This document shows positions 38,162-52,483 of a stretch of 64,000 nucleotides of DNA, piece by piece. The notes under the pieces are model-generated. The model saw only the letters and a program-made list of their open reading frames with translations, was not told the DNA's origin and made no database searches. Within the stretch, counting starts at the first letter, position 1. Each line of letters opens with the position of its first letter. This stretch comes from Vermamoeba vermiformis (lineage: Eukaryota). Location: the NCBI GenBank assembly GCA_045837725.1, contig JBEWZL010000145.1:186001-250000 (forward strand). The letters run 5' to 3'. Both the position numbers and the translations under genes were made by a program.

Positions 38162-39831
38162 ATGACGTCGTTACAACTAGTCGCTGCCAGCAATACTGGT
38201 GTGGTGAAAGTGTGCTCGATCGAACTGCAGAAAAATGTTAAACGACTGTTGCATACATGGGGCACGGCAGATCTGCTCAACGAAGTCGATGCCATGTGTT
38301 GGGGCAATGAGGAGAATACGCAGGTATGTATATATCGTTTATTCACTCTTCTCTTAATTTTCGCATCGCGATCCACGTCAATAAATTAAATTAAATATTT
38401 TTAATAACGCTGCGAATAATTCCAATAATTCAATTCACAAGTACTGTATTATATTACAGTGTATAACACTCGACATTAACGTTCCCCCATCCAGCTCGTG
38501 CTCGGCGTCAAGAGTGGTCACGTGCGCGTACTGGACACGAGTGACGGTCACGTGATCGGCACTGACCACCGTTCAGTGAATCGTATCCGTGGCATGTCCG
38601 TGCACGCGCAACAGTTGTGGACGTGCGATGAGAGTGGACAGTTGACAGCCAGTCACGTGCTCACACCGCACGAGCACTCGACCAGGGCAGTGATCACGCA
38701 GACCAATCAGCGCAAAGGAGCGCCAGTCGTGGACAAGTGGCTCGCGAACACGGCCCACAGCCGCGCAGTGGTGATCAGCAAGGGTCACGTGCCGAGTGTG
38801 TGGTCGCTGGACACGGTGGACAGCAGCTACAAGCCCCTCTGGAGCGCGAAGAACGTGAGCAATGATTGGCTGGACGTGAGTGTGGCACTCAACGACAGCG
38901 ATGTCACGTGGGTGGATGACTTGACGCACCAGTTCGTGCTCACCACGCTCACGGGTCAGATCCGCACCTACGACACGCGTGCACAGCGCAGACCAGTCGC
39001 GGATTGGGCACTCGGCGCGTCACGTGCTGATCGCAGTGCAGGCCCGGACTCGACGCGCGATCAGTTCCCGCTGTCCATGGTGCGCTGGTCCGCACATCAC
39101 AGCACACAAGTGGTGGTGGCAGATCCGCTCGGCAATGTGTGGGTGTGTGATCGACGCGAGGGCCGTGAGGAGAGCATTGATCATCGCCGCGGCCTCAGCT
39201 ATCACAAGGGCGGCTGGAAGCGCGGGCCCTGTGCGCCAGTGGTGGCCAGACTCGAGGGCCTGGTCGGTGCAGCACGTGACATTCAGTGGAGTGCGGACGG
39301 TGCACACCTCGCTGCCGTGGGGCTCGATCGCTTTATCCATATTTGGAAGTCAGACAGCTACACCAGTGCGGGCACGATCTACACCAAACTGCGTCTCAAT
39401 CGCGTGCTGTTCATGCACCCCACTGCTGTCGTGCACGAGGAAGAGCCCGCGCAGAACGCTGAACAGACTGAAGGTAAGCACTTGCCTTATTTGGGCACGG
39501 GTATATATAACTGACACCTGACACAGAGACTGAACTGTGGGAGTCCATGGGTGTAGTGGAGGACAGCAAGAAGAGAAAGCGCAAGAGTTCGCAGCGCAAT
39601 GAACAAGTTCCCGCCAAAAAACAACGCGTGGATGTGAAAGAAAAGAGCAAAAACAAACGCAAAGCTGAGGACAGTGATGAAGAGGACGAGTCCTTCATGT
39701 TCAATCAAATGTCGAATAATAACAACAATTCTGATGAAGTCGATGACGATGAAGAGGATCAGCCGGTACAACAGTTGAAAAAGAAGACAAAGAGCTTTAA
39801 GAAGTTTGTACCGATCAGGAAGAGTAAATAA
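38162..39831 (+). CDS. WDR74: WD40 ribosome biogenesis factor Nsa1/WDR74
   Basis: WSAKNVSNDWLD, IRTYDTRAQRRPV, AVGLDRFIHIW, IYTKLRL; charged tail. Confidence 0.9.
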
Positions 39832-39994
39832 ACCTTGTATATAACAACAATATGATCCTGTATATGCCGTGCATCATAACAGATGTTTTGGTTCACTGAA
39901 CGGTGTCACGTGCTGAATTTGACACCGGTGCGTGCTTGGGAGATTGTCATTGTTATTATCATTTTAAGTGAGGCACTACTATAGTCTTAACGCA

Positions 39995-41115
39995 ATGCAA
40001 TCAAAGGGCTTGATTTTCCGTCAATTGATCCAAGAGGCACTCAAAACTAAGAAGCCACTGCAGATCGTGGGAGCAGTCAATGCTTATTGCGGCATGCTCG
40101 CTAAAAAGACGGGTAATTATTGTGCATGTTATAATATTGATGGTGCCCTTCAGCGTGGTAGCCAGATCAAGATATATTTTTCAAACTCGTGAATTCATTA
40201 GCCACAGATTGTGACAAATAAGGAATTAATTCATGCATATTATTAATGTATTGTTTTAACTATTATTCTTAGGTTTCCAAATGCTCTATTTGTCCGGCAG
40301 TGGCGTTGCGACTGCCAGTCACGGGTGCGTACAAACAGCGCTGCACTTGTTGCCATATTCTTCATTAACACTGTTGCAGATTGCCTGATTTGGGCATCAC
40401 AGATCTGCACGATGTCGTCGAGGATGCCAAGCGCATCATTCACGCCACGGATGCACCGCTGCTCGTCGACATCGACACGGGTCTCGGAGCCACAGGTCTC
40501 AACATTGCGCGCACCATTCGCGAGCTCGAAGCAGTCGGTGTGGCAGGTGTGCACATTGAAGATCAAGTCGCCGCCAAGCGTTGTGGCCACAGACCGGGCA
40601 AAGCGATCGTGCCCACGAGTGAGATGGTGGATCGCATCAAAGCGGCAGTGGCTGCTCGTCGCGATCCCAACTTTGTCATCATGGCGCGCACTGACGCCCT
40701 GGCCAATGAGGGACTCGAGGCTGCCATCACTCGCGCGCGTGCCTACATTGCAGCCGGTGCGGACATGTTGTTCCCCGAGGCCCTCAACGACCTCAAGCAG
40801 TACCAGGAGTTCGCGACACAACTGCCCAATGTGCCGCTCTTGGCCAACATCACCGAGTTCGGCAAGACACCGCTGTTCACGGCCCAGGAGCTCGGTGCTG
40901 CGGGTGTGGCGATGGTGCTGTACCCGCTGTCGGCCTTCAGAGCGATGAGCAAGGCCGCGCTCAATGTCTACTCGCACATCTTGAAGGACGGCACGCAGGC
41001 CAATGTGCTGGACACGATGCAGACCCGTCAAGAGCTGTACGACTACCTCGAGTACCACAAGTACGAGCAACAGATGGATCAGCTGTTCGGTCCTGCGAAG
41101 GACGACGATAAATAA
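39995..41115 (+). CDS. prpB: 2-methylisocitrate lyase, bacterial PrpB type, 2 introns
   Basis: [69 protein letters not shown]. Confidence 0.93.
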
Positions 41116-41223
41116 CGAGTAACAACTCACTCGAAATAAAGCTGTTGCACCGCTCAGAGCAATGGGCGCAGTATTAGTATTGATTGCAGATTTAATTATT
41201 TACAAGTTTACAATGAGAAAGTG

Positions 41224-44200
41224 TTACCAGAACGGACACCAGCCAATGTAGCACTGACACAAGTTGTCTTTGGACGTGGCTTGTGCAATGAGCTTGGTGA
41301 CCTGTTCGTTGACCATCAGGGGCTGCTCGTTGTTGAAGTCGCGGCCCGAGAGCTTGTTGCTGACGCGATTGATGACGAACAGCGCGCGCTGATTGAGCAC
41401 ACCGATCTGTGGCTGGGGCATGAAGGCTGTGGGGGCCTCGTTCTGTGCGCGCGAGGCATTTCTGAAGTTGTTGTCGTCGCCGCTGTCCGTGCTGCCCCCG
41501 CGCGGTGCAGTGGTGCGATAATTGTTCTCGTAGAGATCACCTGACGAGGCCGAGTCGTCGTCTGCCGTGTTGGGTCGTTTGAAGCTCTCTGTGGACTCGT
41601 TGAGCACGTCAGTGGAGCGCAGCAGATTGATGTTCATGTTCAGCTTGAAGTTCTGCAGCTCAGCGGGCTGTGGCGGCACTACATCGCGCTGAGGCTTGAA
41701 GTCCGAATCAGGGCCTGACATCTCGTCCAAGTCCTCGGTGCTCTGTGACATCATCAGTGCACTGGTGGCGTTGGTTGGCGCTGGGCCGTTGTTGGTCAAC
41801 AGTCTCCAGTTGATCAGTGGATCGTGCACAAAGGCCTCGAGCACGGCCATCAGCGACTCTTTGTGTTCGCGCAGCACTGTCATCACTGTCTCGCACGTGG
41901 AGCGGAAATTTCCTTCGATGCCACTGACCTCCATAGCATTGGTGAGCATGCGCGTGAGTCTGAAGGGAATTTTCTCGGGATATTTTTCACGCTGCATGGC
42001 GACTTCAAAGCAGTCGCCAAAGTCAATGTGAATGATCTTGCCGGTGTGCCGATCGAGCATCAGATTGCTGGGGTGTCTATCGCCGAGACCGAGAATGTAG
42101 CCCACCATGGACATGACAGCCAATGAGCGCGTGTAGTTGGTGCGTCGTTCGAGCCAGATCTCGCTGTTGGGACTCTTGAGCCACAAGACGCGCTCCAAGT
42201 CCATGCCATTGGTGCTCTCGAGTGCGAATTCAAACACTTCAACCTTCTGAATCAGCGAGAGGTTGTCGTAGTCGGAGGACATTTGCAGCATGAGACGGTG
42301 TTCAATGTTGAGGATGATGTTGCGGGACTGGCGGTAGTCGCGAATCAGTTGATGCACGGTATCGCAGTGCGGCACCCAGCCAATCAGACCACTGTTCGGT
42401 GACAGCGGAATCACTGCGTAGCGCGCAATGCTGAGATTGGAGAGGTTCTTGTTGGTGTCGATCGATGAGCGCGTCTGATCGTGCGAGGTCTTGCGTCCTC
42501 CCTTGAGCAGCGTGTTCACGAGTCCAAACAGCTGCATCACGCGCTCGTCCTGGCGCAGATCTTCGTGTCCCTTCAGCAAGAAGTAGTACTGCACGCCATC
42601 GCTGCCCACCACCGCCAACTTGCGCGGCCGTTGTTTGCTCGTGATCACTTGCAGCACGGGCTGGAAGTAGGCAATGCGCACCACGGCACGCTGGGGCTTG
42701 TAGGTGCCTGGCACTGCGAGCTCCATGTCACGTGCCTCCAAGAGCTTGGGCGAGACGTGTTTGAGCTCGAGTGTAGTCATGCCTGGCAACTGCTTGTTGA
42801 TGCGACGGAAGGCGTGGTAGTACAGATCCCACGCGTGATTCAGATCTGCGACCTTGCCTGATCGGGAGTATTTCTGTGCGGTATATCAGTCACGTGACTC
42901 AAAAAGAATACCGCTAAAAATAGATGACACGTACCTTGCACCACTCCAAGGCCTCAGCGAGTTCTCTGCCATATGCCTGTTGAAATGAGGCCTCGCGCGA
43001 GGTCTCAGGCCCGACATCCAACAAGCGGTGCAGTGGTCCGAGCACTTCAAACATGCCGTCCACATTGTGCTCGCCAAAGTACAGGCGCGAGGCATCTTCC
43101 AAGCCCTCGTGCCACAACTCGTGCCACAGAATTGCAACGCGAATCAGCTCCTTGCTGACCATGAGTGCCTGATCGACCAGGGCTGCGCTGTGTGTGCGCA
43201 TCTTGTCCATGATCTGACGGGCTGCAGCGAGTCGTTGGTGACTGGGTGACTTGCTCGCCACGGTCAGCGGGTACACGAGTGCTTGCGGATGTTCTTTGCC
43301 AATGCGCACCAGCAGTCCGTGCAGCAGTCGTCGCACCGCACTCACTGGCGAGTGCACGCGCGCAATGATCTGCGGAATAACTTGCAGCCACGTGTCAATG
43401 GAGAGCGTGTTGAAGCCATCGATCAGCGCCATTTCCACTTGCTTGTCCGCACCGTACTTGAACCACAGTGTCAGCAGACGCAGCGTGTCTTGCAGATTGT
43501 GGCCCTGACTCAGTGCAATGGAGCGGAAGAAGCCGTGAATGGCGGGCACTAAATGCGCGCGAATGCGTTCTGCCACCAGCTTGGAGTCCTTGCTCTTGGA
43601 CGAGGCCGCTTGTTTCTCGTAGAATGCAATCACGTCAAAGTTGAGCATGGCCCACGCGTGCCAGGCGCGGTAGTACTGCGGATCGAGCTGCGTGGCGGCT
43701 TTGAGTGCGCGCAGTACGGTGGGGATGTTGTCCTCGCGCAGTCCCTCTTGCAACACGAGCTGCCACTGGCCGAGCTTGAGTGACACGCGCGCTTGCAGCT
43801 CATTGTCGTTCTTGAGCTGCGTGGCGAACTGTTGCAGATAGTGATAGGCCATCTGCTTGGGACTCTCGGCCCACAGCTGCTTGATGAAGGCGAAGGTGAT
43901 GCGCGGTGCGTGCACGGGCAGGGGAGTGCGCGGATCGAGGGACGGATCGCAGCCCAGCAGCGAGGTGAGGGTGGTGTGGGCCAGGCGGTGACGATCGCTC
44001 TTGCGACACAGCGCGGCAAATTTGAGCCACACTTCCGTGTCCTGGCCTGCACCTATCACCAGCGAGCGCACTGCCACGGAGTTAGTAACGACACGATACA
44101 CTGCACAGCTACGGTACTGTACCTGAGAGCAGTCGCTGCCAGACATCGGGATCGCGCTCACAGCCCTTGAGCCGTTCAGTCCAGTTGTGCACCAGGGCCA

Positions 44201-47200
44201 CACGGCGCTCAGGATAGGCCTCGCTCTTCTTGTACTCGATGATCTCTTCCATCTCCGCCAATTGTTGCAGACGCACCAGCACATCGTAGGCACGCTGATA
44301 GCTCTCACCGACCAGGGCCGTCAACTCCGTGTCCAAGAGGTGTCGCGTGATGTCAATGTAGTGGTGTGCCTTGACGAAGTTGTTGCGGTGTATGTACATG
44401 ACTGCGCGGTAGAAGGCACCCTCCAGATCATTCGTGGGCAGCACGCGCACGTACTCGCGCATCTTGTCCCAGTCTTGCAGCGTCCAAGCAGCTGCTGCAG
44501 CCATGGGGGCAATGATCTTCTGCGCGGGCAGTTCAGCTTTGGTCCACTCCTCTTGCGTCACCTTGGCGAGCTGTGCCCACTCCCCGAGTGCTTTGAGACA
44601 GCGCATGCGTCCCAGCTTGATCTCGAGGGTGCTGTGCTGCTGCTGATCTTTGGCCTCGTACTGCTCCAGCGCCTTCTCCCAGCGACCCAACTTCTCGTAC
44701 CAGGACTCCTTGAGCTCGACTTGATGCGTCTGTTGCGCGTACTTGAGAATGCCGACTGCCGCTTCAGGCAGCGCGAGTTGATTGTTGATGCTGATCAGCG
44801 CTTCGATCGTGTCAATGTTGCTCGGACACTCTTTGAACTCCAGCTCCAAGTAGTGCAGCGCCTTGGCATAGGCACGACACTTCTCGGACAGCTGTCCTAG
44901 TGTGTGTATGTCTATTGGCAGTGGCTTGTCGTCGTGTTCCATGAACTCGGCCAGATCCAACAAGTTCTGCAAGATCTCGTTCGGAATGTTGCTCGACAAG
45001 AGTGCTGCTTCGAGATTGCGCACCAATTCGTCTTGATAGGCCTCGGGCAATTCATTCCAACACGACACAAAGCCCACATTGAACAGCTCGCGCACGAGGG
45101 GATAAAAGTCCGCCACCGCGAGACAGGAGCGCAGTGCTGGCGAGGGACTCTCGCGCAACAGTTCAATGCTGAAGCGACGGATCCAGTCGGCCCAGTCCTC
45201 GCGGGTCAGGCGCGCTGTGGTCTCCCAGGCCTTGCGCAACAACTGCTCGTTGAGCTTGAGTTTCTGCATGGGCGCAGTCTCAATGGTGTTGCTGCTGTGT
45301 GCCTCGTTGGACTCGTCGTTCTCAATCATCATCTGACCGTGCACGCCCAGCACATCGGTCTCCTCGGTGTACTCGTCGTCGTACTCGCTCTCGTGCGTGG
45401 CAGGACTGGGCCCCGTCATCTTGAGCAAGTGTCCCTCGAGCTTGTCGTACTCAATGTGCACAATGTTCTTCTGATCCAACACCTTGCGCACCATGGGCAC
45501 GAAGATGAGATAGTCCTCGCGCAGCTGAATCAGCAAGTAGCACAGTGTCTGCATGCATACATCGCGCAGTTCAATGCGCAGGGAGAGGGCGCGCACGAGG
45601 GGCTGAATGATGCGCGCAGCATAGGCCGAGACATTGAGTCGTCGCGCCAGTCTGCCAATGGTGACTATCGCTTGACGTGTGAGCACGTGATCGGTGTCTG
45701 TGTCCTCGAACAGCTTGACCACTGCAGGCACAACGAGGTGCAAGTAGTCGTCGAGCAGCGTGTTCAACACTTCGAGGGTGCGCAGTGCCTTGGTGGTGGC
45801 GAGTTTGTGCGTGGAGTGGTCGTTGTGCAGAATGGCTAGCAGCAGCGGCATGATCTGCGGCAAGTAGGGTCTGAACTCGTCGTTGAGTGCCTTGGACACC
45901 TCTTCAATCAGCAGCAGCACTTGTGTCACGTGTTGCGTGGACCAGTACTCGCGAATCAGCTGATTGATCTCGCTCAGAAAGTCGCGCACGTGTTGCTTGA
46001 CAATAGAGACGAGCACCACGAACTGTTGCAGCAAGAATTCTCGGAAACCTGGCTCACCTGTGTGACTCGTGATTAGCGTTCAGTGAACGAGAGCTATTTA
46101 TAGCATCGAGATACGTACTGTTGCGCATGAGATTCATGAATGCGGGCATGATCTGCGGCAAGAAGGTGGTGCACTTGAGACCAAGACTGTTGTTCATGAA
46201 CATGATGGCCTGCACTGCCTGACGATGATGCGTGCTCAGCGAGGGGTCTTTGATGATCTTCAACAGCGCTTCAACTGCCGCATTCGGGTAGTAGTCCTCG
46301 GAGCCCAGCTGCGCATCTGCACTCTTCTCATCACCGAGCAGTGAGGCTGAGGGGGCGAGCGAGGCCAAGTTACTCTTCTTCTGCGTCTTGAGCTGGATCT
46401 GGCGATGTCGATGCGGATCCAATGCCCCGAGTATGCCGAGCACTTTAATCACCTCGTGTCGCACCGCTGGCAACTGATCGGTCTTGATGATGGTGAACAG
46501 CACGTCCAACAGCTTGGGATAGTGCAGCAGTGGCTTGATCACATAGCCCGTGGACTGCGTGACGATGCCCAAGCACTTGAGCGCCACCAATCGCTTCAGT
46601 GCACTGCTGTAGTCTTGCAGCGTGTCCACGATCAGCGGAATCAGCTCCTCCACGTGCTGCGCCATCAGCTCTTGCGGGGCTTGACGTGCCAGCGAGCCAA
46701 TCGCGCGCAGGGCACACGACGCCACACGCGGATCACTGTCCTTGACGCGCGGAATGAGCACTTTGAGCACGGCACTCACATAGGGCTCCACCAGTCTGCT
46801 GTGAATGGGGCTGTAGAAGCTGCCCTCGCTCACTGAACTCTGCGCTGCGGTGCTGGCACTGTTGGGCGGGGCGGTGCTGGCACTCGGCTCGTTCTGCACA
46901 GAGGGCAGTGCACCGGTGCTGTCGAGATTGTGCAGATTGTTGATGTAGTAGTCGGGGCCACCAATCAGACCGGCCAACAAGCGCGCACTCTGTTCGCGGA
47001 GCAGACTGTCCGTGCTGTACTCGAGCTCGCTGAGCAGTTCTATCATTTTCTTGCGCAGACCGGGCAGCACGTAGGCGGGATTGCGAATGGCGCAGCGACC
47101 AATCACCCCCATGACGAGCTCGCGTATCTCAAACACCTCGTCGTTGAGTGCGAGGAACAGCAGGCGCAGATTGTCCTGTTGCGCCAAGAAGGGATCGAAG

Positions 47201-49195
47201 TACGGATCGAGATTGGAGATGACCGTGCGACGAATGCTCTGATCGGGGTCACTGATGCCCGTCTCCAACAGCTTCAGCAGCACCTTGCTCATCACTTGCG
47301 CACTGTACCCGCGCACATTGTTCAGCGAGGCACCGTCCATGCGCGGCACCATCAACTTGCAGCACGTGAGACAGGCCTCTTTGCGGATCTGCACCGTGTC
47401 GTGCGAGAGGTAATTCATCACACCATCGCGCAAGAACTCGGTGAGCAAGTAGCGATCAAAGTCGAATGTGCCGAGTGTGCGCAGTGCGAGGATGACCAGC
47501 GCTGGATCGTGCTCCACACCTGGGGCCAGCAGCTGGGACTGCACTTTGCGGCGCGGCGGTGCTCCCGGATAGGTGAATTCTTTTTGCACGAGCACCTGCG
47601 AGAGGAGATCGAGCAGCTTGAACTGAATGTCAAACGAGAGGTCAGGGATGTTCTGCACCAGCGAGGTGAGTGCCTCCACGAGTGTGTGCGTCAGTCCCCC
47701 TGCAAACATGTGCTGCAACAGCTCTTTGCTGTAGGGCTGCAGTGTCGAGCCCACGGCCTTGGCGAGCATGGACACGCAGATGAGTGCCTCGTTGGAGAAT
47801 GCGCGGCCCTTGGTGGTCATCGTGGCGCGCACCACCGCGAGAATGGGCTCGAGGTAGTCGGTGATGTTCTCGCGCACTGAGAGCGCTATCTTGCCGATGG
47901 CGATGAAGGCGTGAGGTCGCTCGTTGTCTCGTCGCAGTGCTTGCAACAACTGCGCCATGATGGTGGGCAAGTAGGACTGCGAGAACTCGTACGGCGAGAA
48001 CTTGGCCAGCACGGGCAACAGCGAGATGATGGCTTTCTTGATGAGTCGATTGTTGGAGCCCCAGAACTTCATGGCCGAGTCACACACGGGCTTGTACTTG
48101 TCGTTCATGAACTGGCCCGTGTTGCGCACCAGTTCCCCGAGGGCGAGGAGGGAGCCGTGAATGACCTCTGCGGCAGGATTGCTGTGTTTGAGTCCCTTGA
48201 CGGCCTGGTCGTATATCTTCTGATACCACTGTTGGTGCAGTGGGGAGTGCACATCACGCTCCGCCAACAGATGCAAGCAGGCACGCAGCGCATCCTTGGC
48301 AGCCAAGCGAATGTTCAGATCCTTGTCTTGCAGTGCACCACTCACGATCAGATCCAAGAACTGTTGCACGTGTATGTAGAAGGAGCTCGGGGCATTGCTC
48401 GCCATCTGCGACAAGATGAGCACCGCTGCCAGCACGTGACCTGCTTGTCGATCACCCAGCCACTCCAGTGCGCGCGCCACTTCTGCTTCGACGAGATCAC
48501 CGACCACGAGTCCAGAGCCCATGGTGCTTGTGGTCGCTTGCATTTGACCTGCTTTGACGCGCGCGAGTTTGCCGAGAGCTTTGCTGGCCAATAGCAGCAC
48601 GCGCTCATCACGTGATGCGAGTCCGAGTCGGAGCAAGTAGACCATGCGCGTGACTTGACTGGCATTCTCTTCCGTGTCTACATCAATCAGGGCATCGATG
48701 GCCATCACACCGCCAATCTTCTCGTTCACTGCACTGCTGTTGATCAGCTCGCCCACCACCTTGTACACATCTGTCATGAATTGGGTGAAGCTTTCGGTGG
48801 ACAGCTCTCGCGATTGAATCACCGTCTATGCAATCGTACGATTGTTAATATATGACTGCGTACTAACAACAAGCAATAGAGATACGGCTTGATCTAGATC
48901 CACCTGCAGTCACGGCGGTTGTAATGAGAGAGTATTACTTACATAATTTGCCAGTGCCTTCGATGCTCTATATCGATCTTCTTCATCCCTATGTGCAGAG
49001 CGTCAACAAAGCTCCATGAATTGACAACAAGGAAATTACAAAAAAAAAATCAAAAATTAATTTAATAATGAAAGTATTTAATAATAAACAGATGCGATTA
49101 TAATTGACGATTAATTACCTGCTCTTTAATTTTAATTGTATTTTCACAAGAGTCTCGTCAGGGTGAGACTTTGAATCCAGAACTGTTGACTGCAT
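41224..49195 (-). CDS. TOR: Target of rapamycin kinase
   Basis: HEAT repeats, [16 protein letters not shown] ([21 protein letters not shown] Ser retained), kinase [13 protein letters not shown] and [24 protein letters not shown]. Confidence 0.99.
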
Positions 49196-49566
49196 GACTA
49201 TTCTAATGATAGTGTATAGTTGCCGGGCATATTAGTATATATAAATAGGATGCTAATGAATTGATTGCTGGAATTGAGTCTCGCTGATATTGCTCGTCTT
49301 CTTTCAACCTGCCCTTACTAATTGATGCTAGAATAACAATACTAACAAGCCACACTTGAGTTCAAATGGCTCGTTGAATATACGATGCAGGTTATTATAT
49401 AACAAATATGTACAACAACAACTATCAAACAAAATAACTATGCTCAAATTTTCAGACCAATTTGACCCCCTGCCAGCCGTGAAAAAATTAGTTTTCCTGC
49501 GCACTTTGAGCGGTGCACTAGTATTCACTACACTTTGTCACTTGCTTTACATATAAACTCCAAGCA

Positions 49567-51173
49567 ATGTCAGATCCTGCTTGCTGTCAACAGACTGAAG
49601 GGTGCACGAGTTGCGCACCAGTAGTCAAGCCTAAGAAGAAATTTGTTGGCAAGCGCAAAACCAAAACTGAAGCTACGGTCACTGGTGAGTGTTATTTTCA
49701 GTGCTTGATCTGAGTCTGGATCGTGATCAGATCCGGAAAAAATTAGTTAGTTAGCGACTTTATTAATTTAATTAATAATATTAGATGGTATTAAAAAATT
49801 CAAGGCTATTCAAATCGGTTCCCAGATCCCCGATGAAATACTGAATAACGAAGAACTGAAAAGAGAAGTTCAAACGCTCTTGCCGCGCAACTACAACTTT
49901 GAAATATACAAGACACTGTCGCGCATTCATCAACTGCGTGCGCAGCGTGTAGCTCTGCAATTACCAGAGGGACTGCTCATGTACGCGACGACGATTGCAG
50001 ATCTGCTGACGGTGTGGAGTCGTCGCATTGCCCATCAACTGCGCGAGGACGACCCTAGTGCAGCGTGGCAAGGTGTGGAAGATGTGATCATCATGGGCGA
50101 TGTGACCTATGGCGCGTGTTGCATCGACGACTACAGCTGTCACGCGCTGGACTGTGCGCTGCTCGTGCACTACGGCCACTCGTGTCTGGTGCCCACCACA
50201 CACACCACCCTGCCCGTGCTGTACGTGTTCGTGGACATACTCATCGATCTCGAGCACTTCATTCAGACCGTGCTGCTCAACTTCGCGCCCGAGACACGAC
50301 TGCTGTTGATCAGCACCATTCAGTTCTCGCAAGCGCTGCATCAGTCGCACCAACAGCTCAAGTCGCACTATCCGCACCTGCACGTGCCGCAAGCCAAGCC
50401 ACTCTCGGGCGGCGAGATACTCGGCTGCACTTCACCTGCTGTTGCGAGCAGTGACTACGACGCCCTCATGTAAGTACACGCACTGCTCTCGTGTGCGCGG
50501 TGCTGATCGGTCACGTGACAGTTACTTGGGTGACGGGAGATTTCATCTCGAGTCCATCATGATCGCCAATCCCACACTGACGGCCTATCGCTACGATCCC
50601 TACAGCAAGATGTTCACCGTTGAGAAGTATGATTTCCCGCTCATGAAGAAAATTCGCAGGTATATTTGCAGTATTTCTTAATTAGGCAAGAGTATATTAA
50701 CACCGCAGACAGGACGGCGATAGACCAAGCCAGACGCGCAAAGAAAGTGGGTCTAATTCTCGGAACACTCGGACGTCAAGGCTCTCCTAGTGTACTCACC
50801 GTATGTCACATCTGCATCGGTCACGTGACTGTTCGTACTGACCTGTCATTGCTAAAAATAGAAACTCGAAGAGTCACTCAAACAGCGCAACATCGACTAC
50901 ATCGTGCTGCTGCTCTCAGAGATATTCCCCTCCAAGCTCGCACTCTTCGCCGATGTTGATGCGTGGATCCAAGTCGCATGTCCGCGCCTCTCCATCGATT
51001 GGGGCTACGCATTCAACACGCCACTGCTCTCCCCGTACGAGGCTGAAGTAGCGTTCAACGATGCGGAGTGGAGTGACAGCACCTATCCCATGGACTACTA
51101 CGCTAATTCAGGCGGGGCTTGGAGTGTTTACAATGCCACCAAGCAGCATCCGTTCACTTCCGCGAGTAAATAG
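49567..51173 (+). CDS. DPH1: Diphthamide biosynthesis protein 1
   Basis: [57 protein letters not shown]. Confidence 0.97.
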
Positions 51174-51241
51174 CGCTGTATATAGTCGTAACACTCTCTA
51201 CTCGCATGTAAATAATATCACTTTAACTATGCCATCACCGT

Positions 51242-52318
51242 TTATTCCTCATCGCTTTCAAATACAACGTGTTCTTTAGCATTGCCAAGCACGACGCGCT
51301 GCGACTCCTTGGCCTTCTTGATGGCACTCCAACTCGGATGGAGATGTTCTTCTTGCGTTGATTGTGTTTTGTGGTCCTTATGGTCCTTTGCGCGAGACTC
51401 GTCCTGCTCAATTTTGCGTCGCTTGACAGGCTTGGTACCTGCATCCGGCTCTACCTCCGCGAATGCTCGCTTGTGTGAAGTAGGTGCAGGTCCTAGCACT
51501 CCCTTGCGGCGCATCTCCTCTGCTAAACGCCTACGAGTGCGTTGTCCGGGTCTGTTTTTCTTTTTGGTGACTTCTACTTGCTCGATCGGTTCTGAATCCG
51601 AGTCGTTGCCCAACGAATTAGTGAAAAACGACTCTGCTCTAGTATTTTGACTGCTGTCTCCCCCAAGCGAATGCATAAAATATGATTCAGCGCGCTGAGG
51701 GCCCTTCTTATTGCTGTGTTTGTTGCGCGGCTCTTCAACGCTCCTATTGTCCTCGCTCGGCTCATCTTGCTCTGAATTCGCGCTCTTTTTATCGTGCAAT
51801 TTACCAGCACGAATGAGCACGGCGTGTTTGACATCGGTAGTGGCTAATGTGGATCGACTTGGCCACGCTTGAAGCAGATCTTCTATAGATAGGGCCTAAT
51901 GGGCTCACGTTAGTCGGCAAAATCACACAAATATTGCTCACCTTTAACTCAAGTAAATTCTGCTCAGTACTCTTGACAAGTCCTGGATCTGTATTTGGAT
52001 CGGCTTCTAATTTTTTTAATCTCGAAATAACGTGTCGTATTTGATCTGTTTTAGACTTTTTTAATATGCGCCTAATTTCTTTGGTTTCTTTCTCTTGTTT
52101 GAACTGGCGCTGTTGGTCGACGAGTTGTTGGATCTGTCGCTGAATTTGAGCACGTAGCTCTTTATTATTGACGTCTATAGTCTTCAATTTACTTTTCAAC
52201 TTGTTCAACTCGCTGCTCGTATTCACTTTCTTCCACTTGGGCTGTTTTTTGATCGGGATCTGGATCACTTGTCAGCCAGACAACGACGAGTAGCACGACT
52301 TACCACTGTCTCAGCCAT
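51242..52318 (-). CDS. BUD22: Bud22/SRFBP1-family ribosome biogenesis protein
   Basis: KKNRPGQRTRR, LHPSWSAIKKAKE, C-terminal HVVFE. Confidence 0.85.
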
Positions 52319-52483
52319 GCGTTACAATAGTGCTTAATATTAGGTATGCTTCGCTCTTGTGCCTCAGCTCTGAGAAATTACGCCGAATGCTGGCTGATAG
52401 GTTGACAGTGAAACTTTTAATTGTTTTTTTTTGTTCAACAGGCAGTGACTACAGCAGCTAATACTAGTTATATTACTTAATCA

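Noticed and set aside
37237-38376. 379-aa ORF as a single long protein overlapping WDR74
   Set aside because: The upstream part is antisense to WDR74 exon 1; ATG 38055 gives a normal presequence plus uL22m
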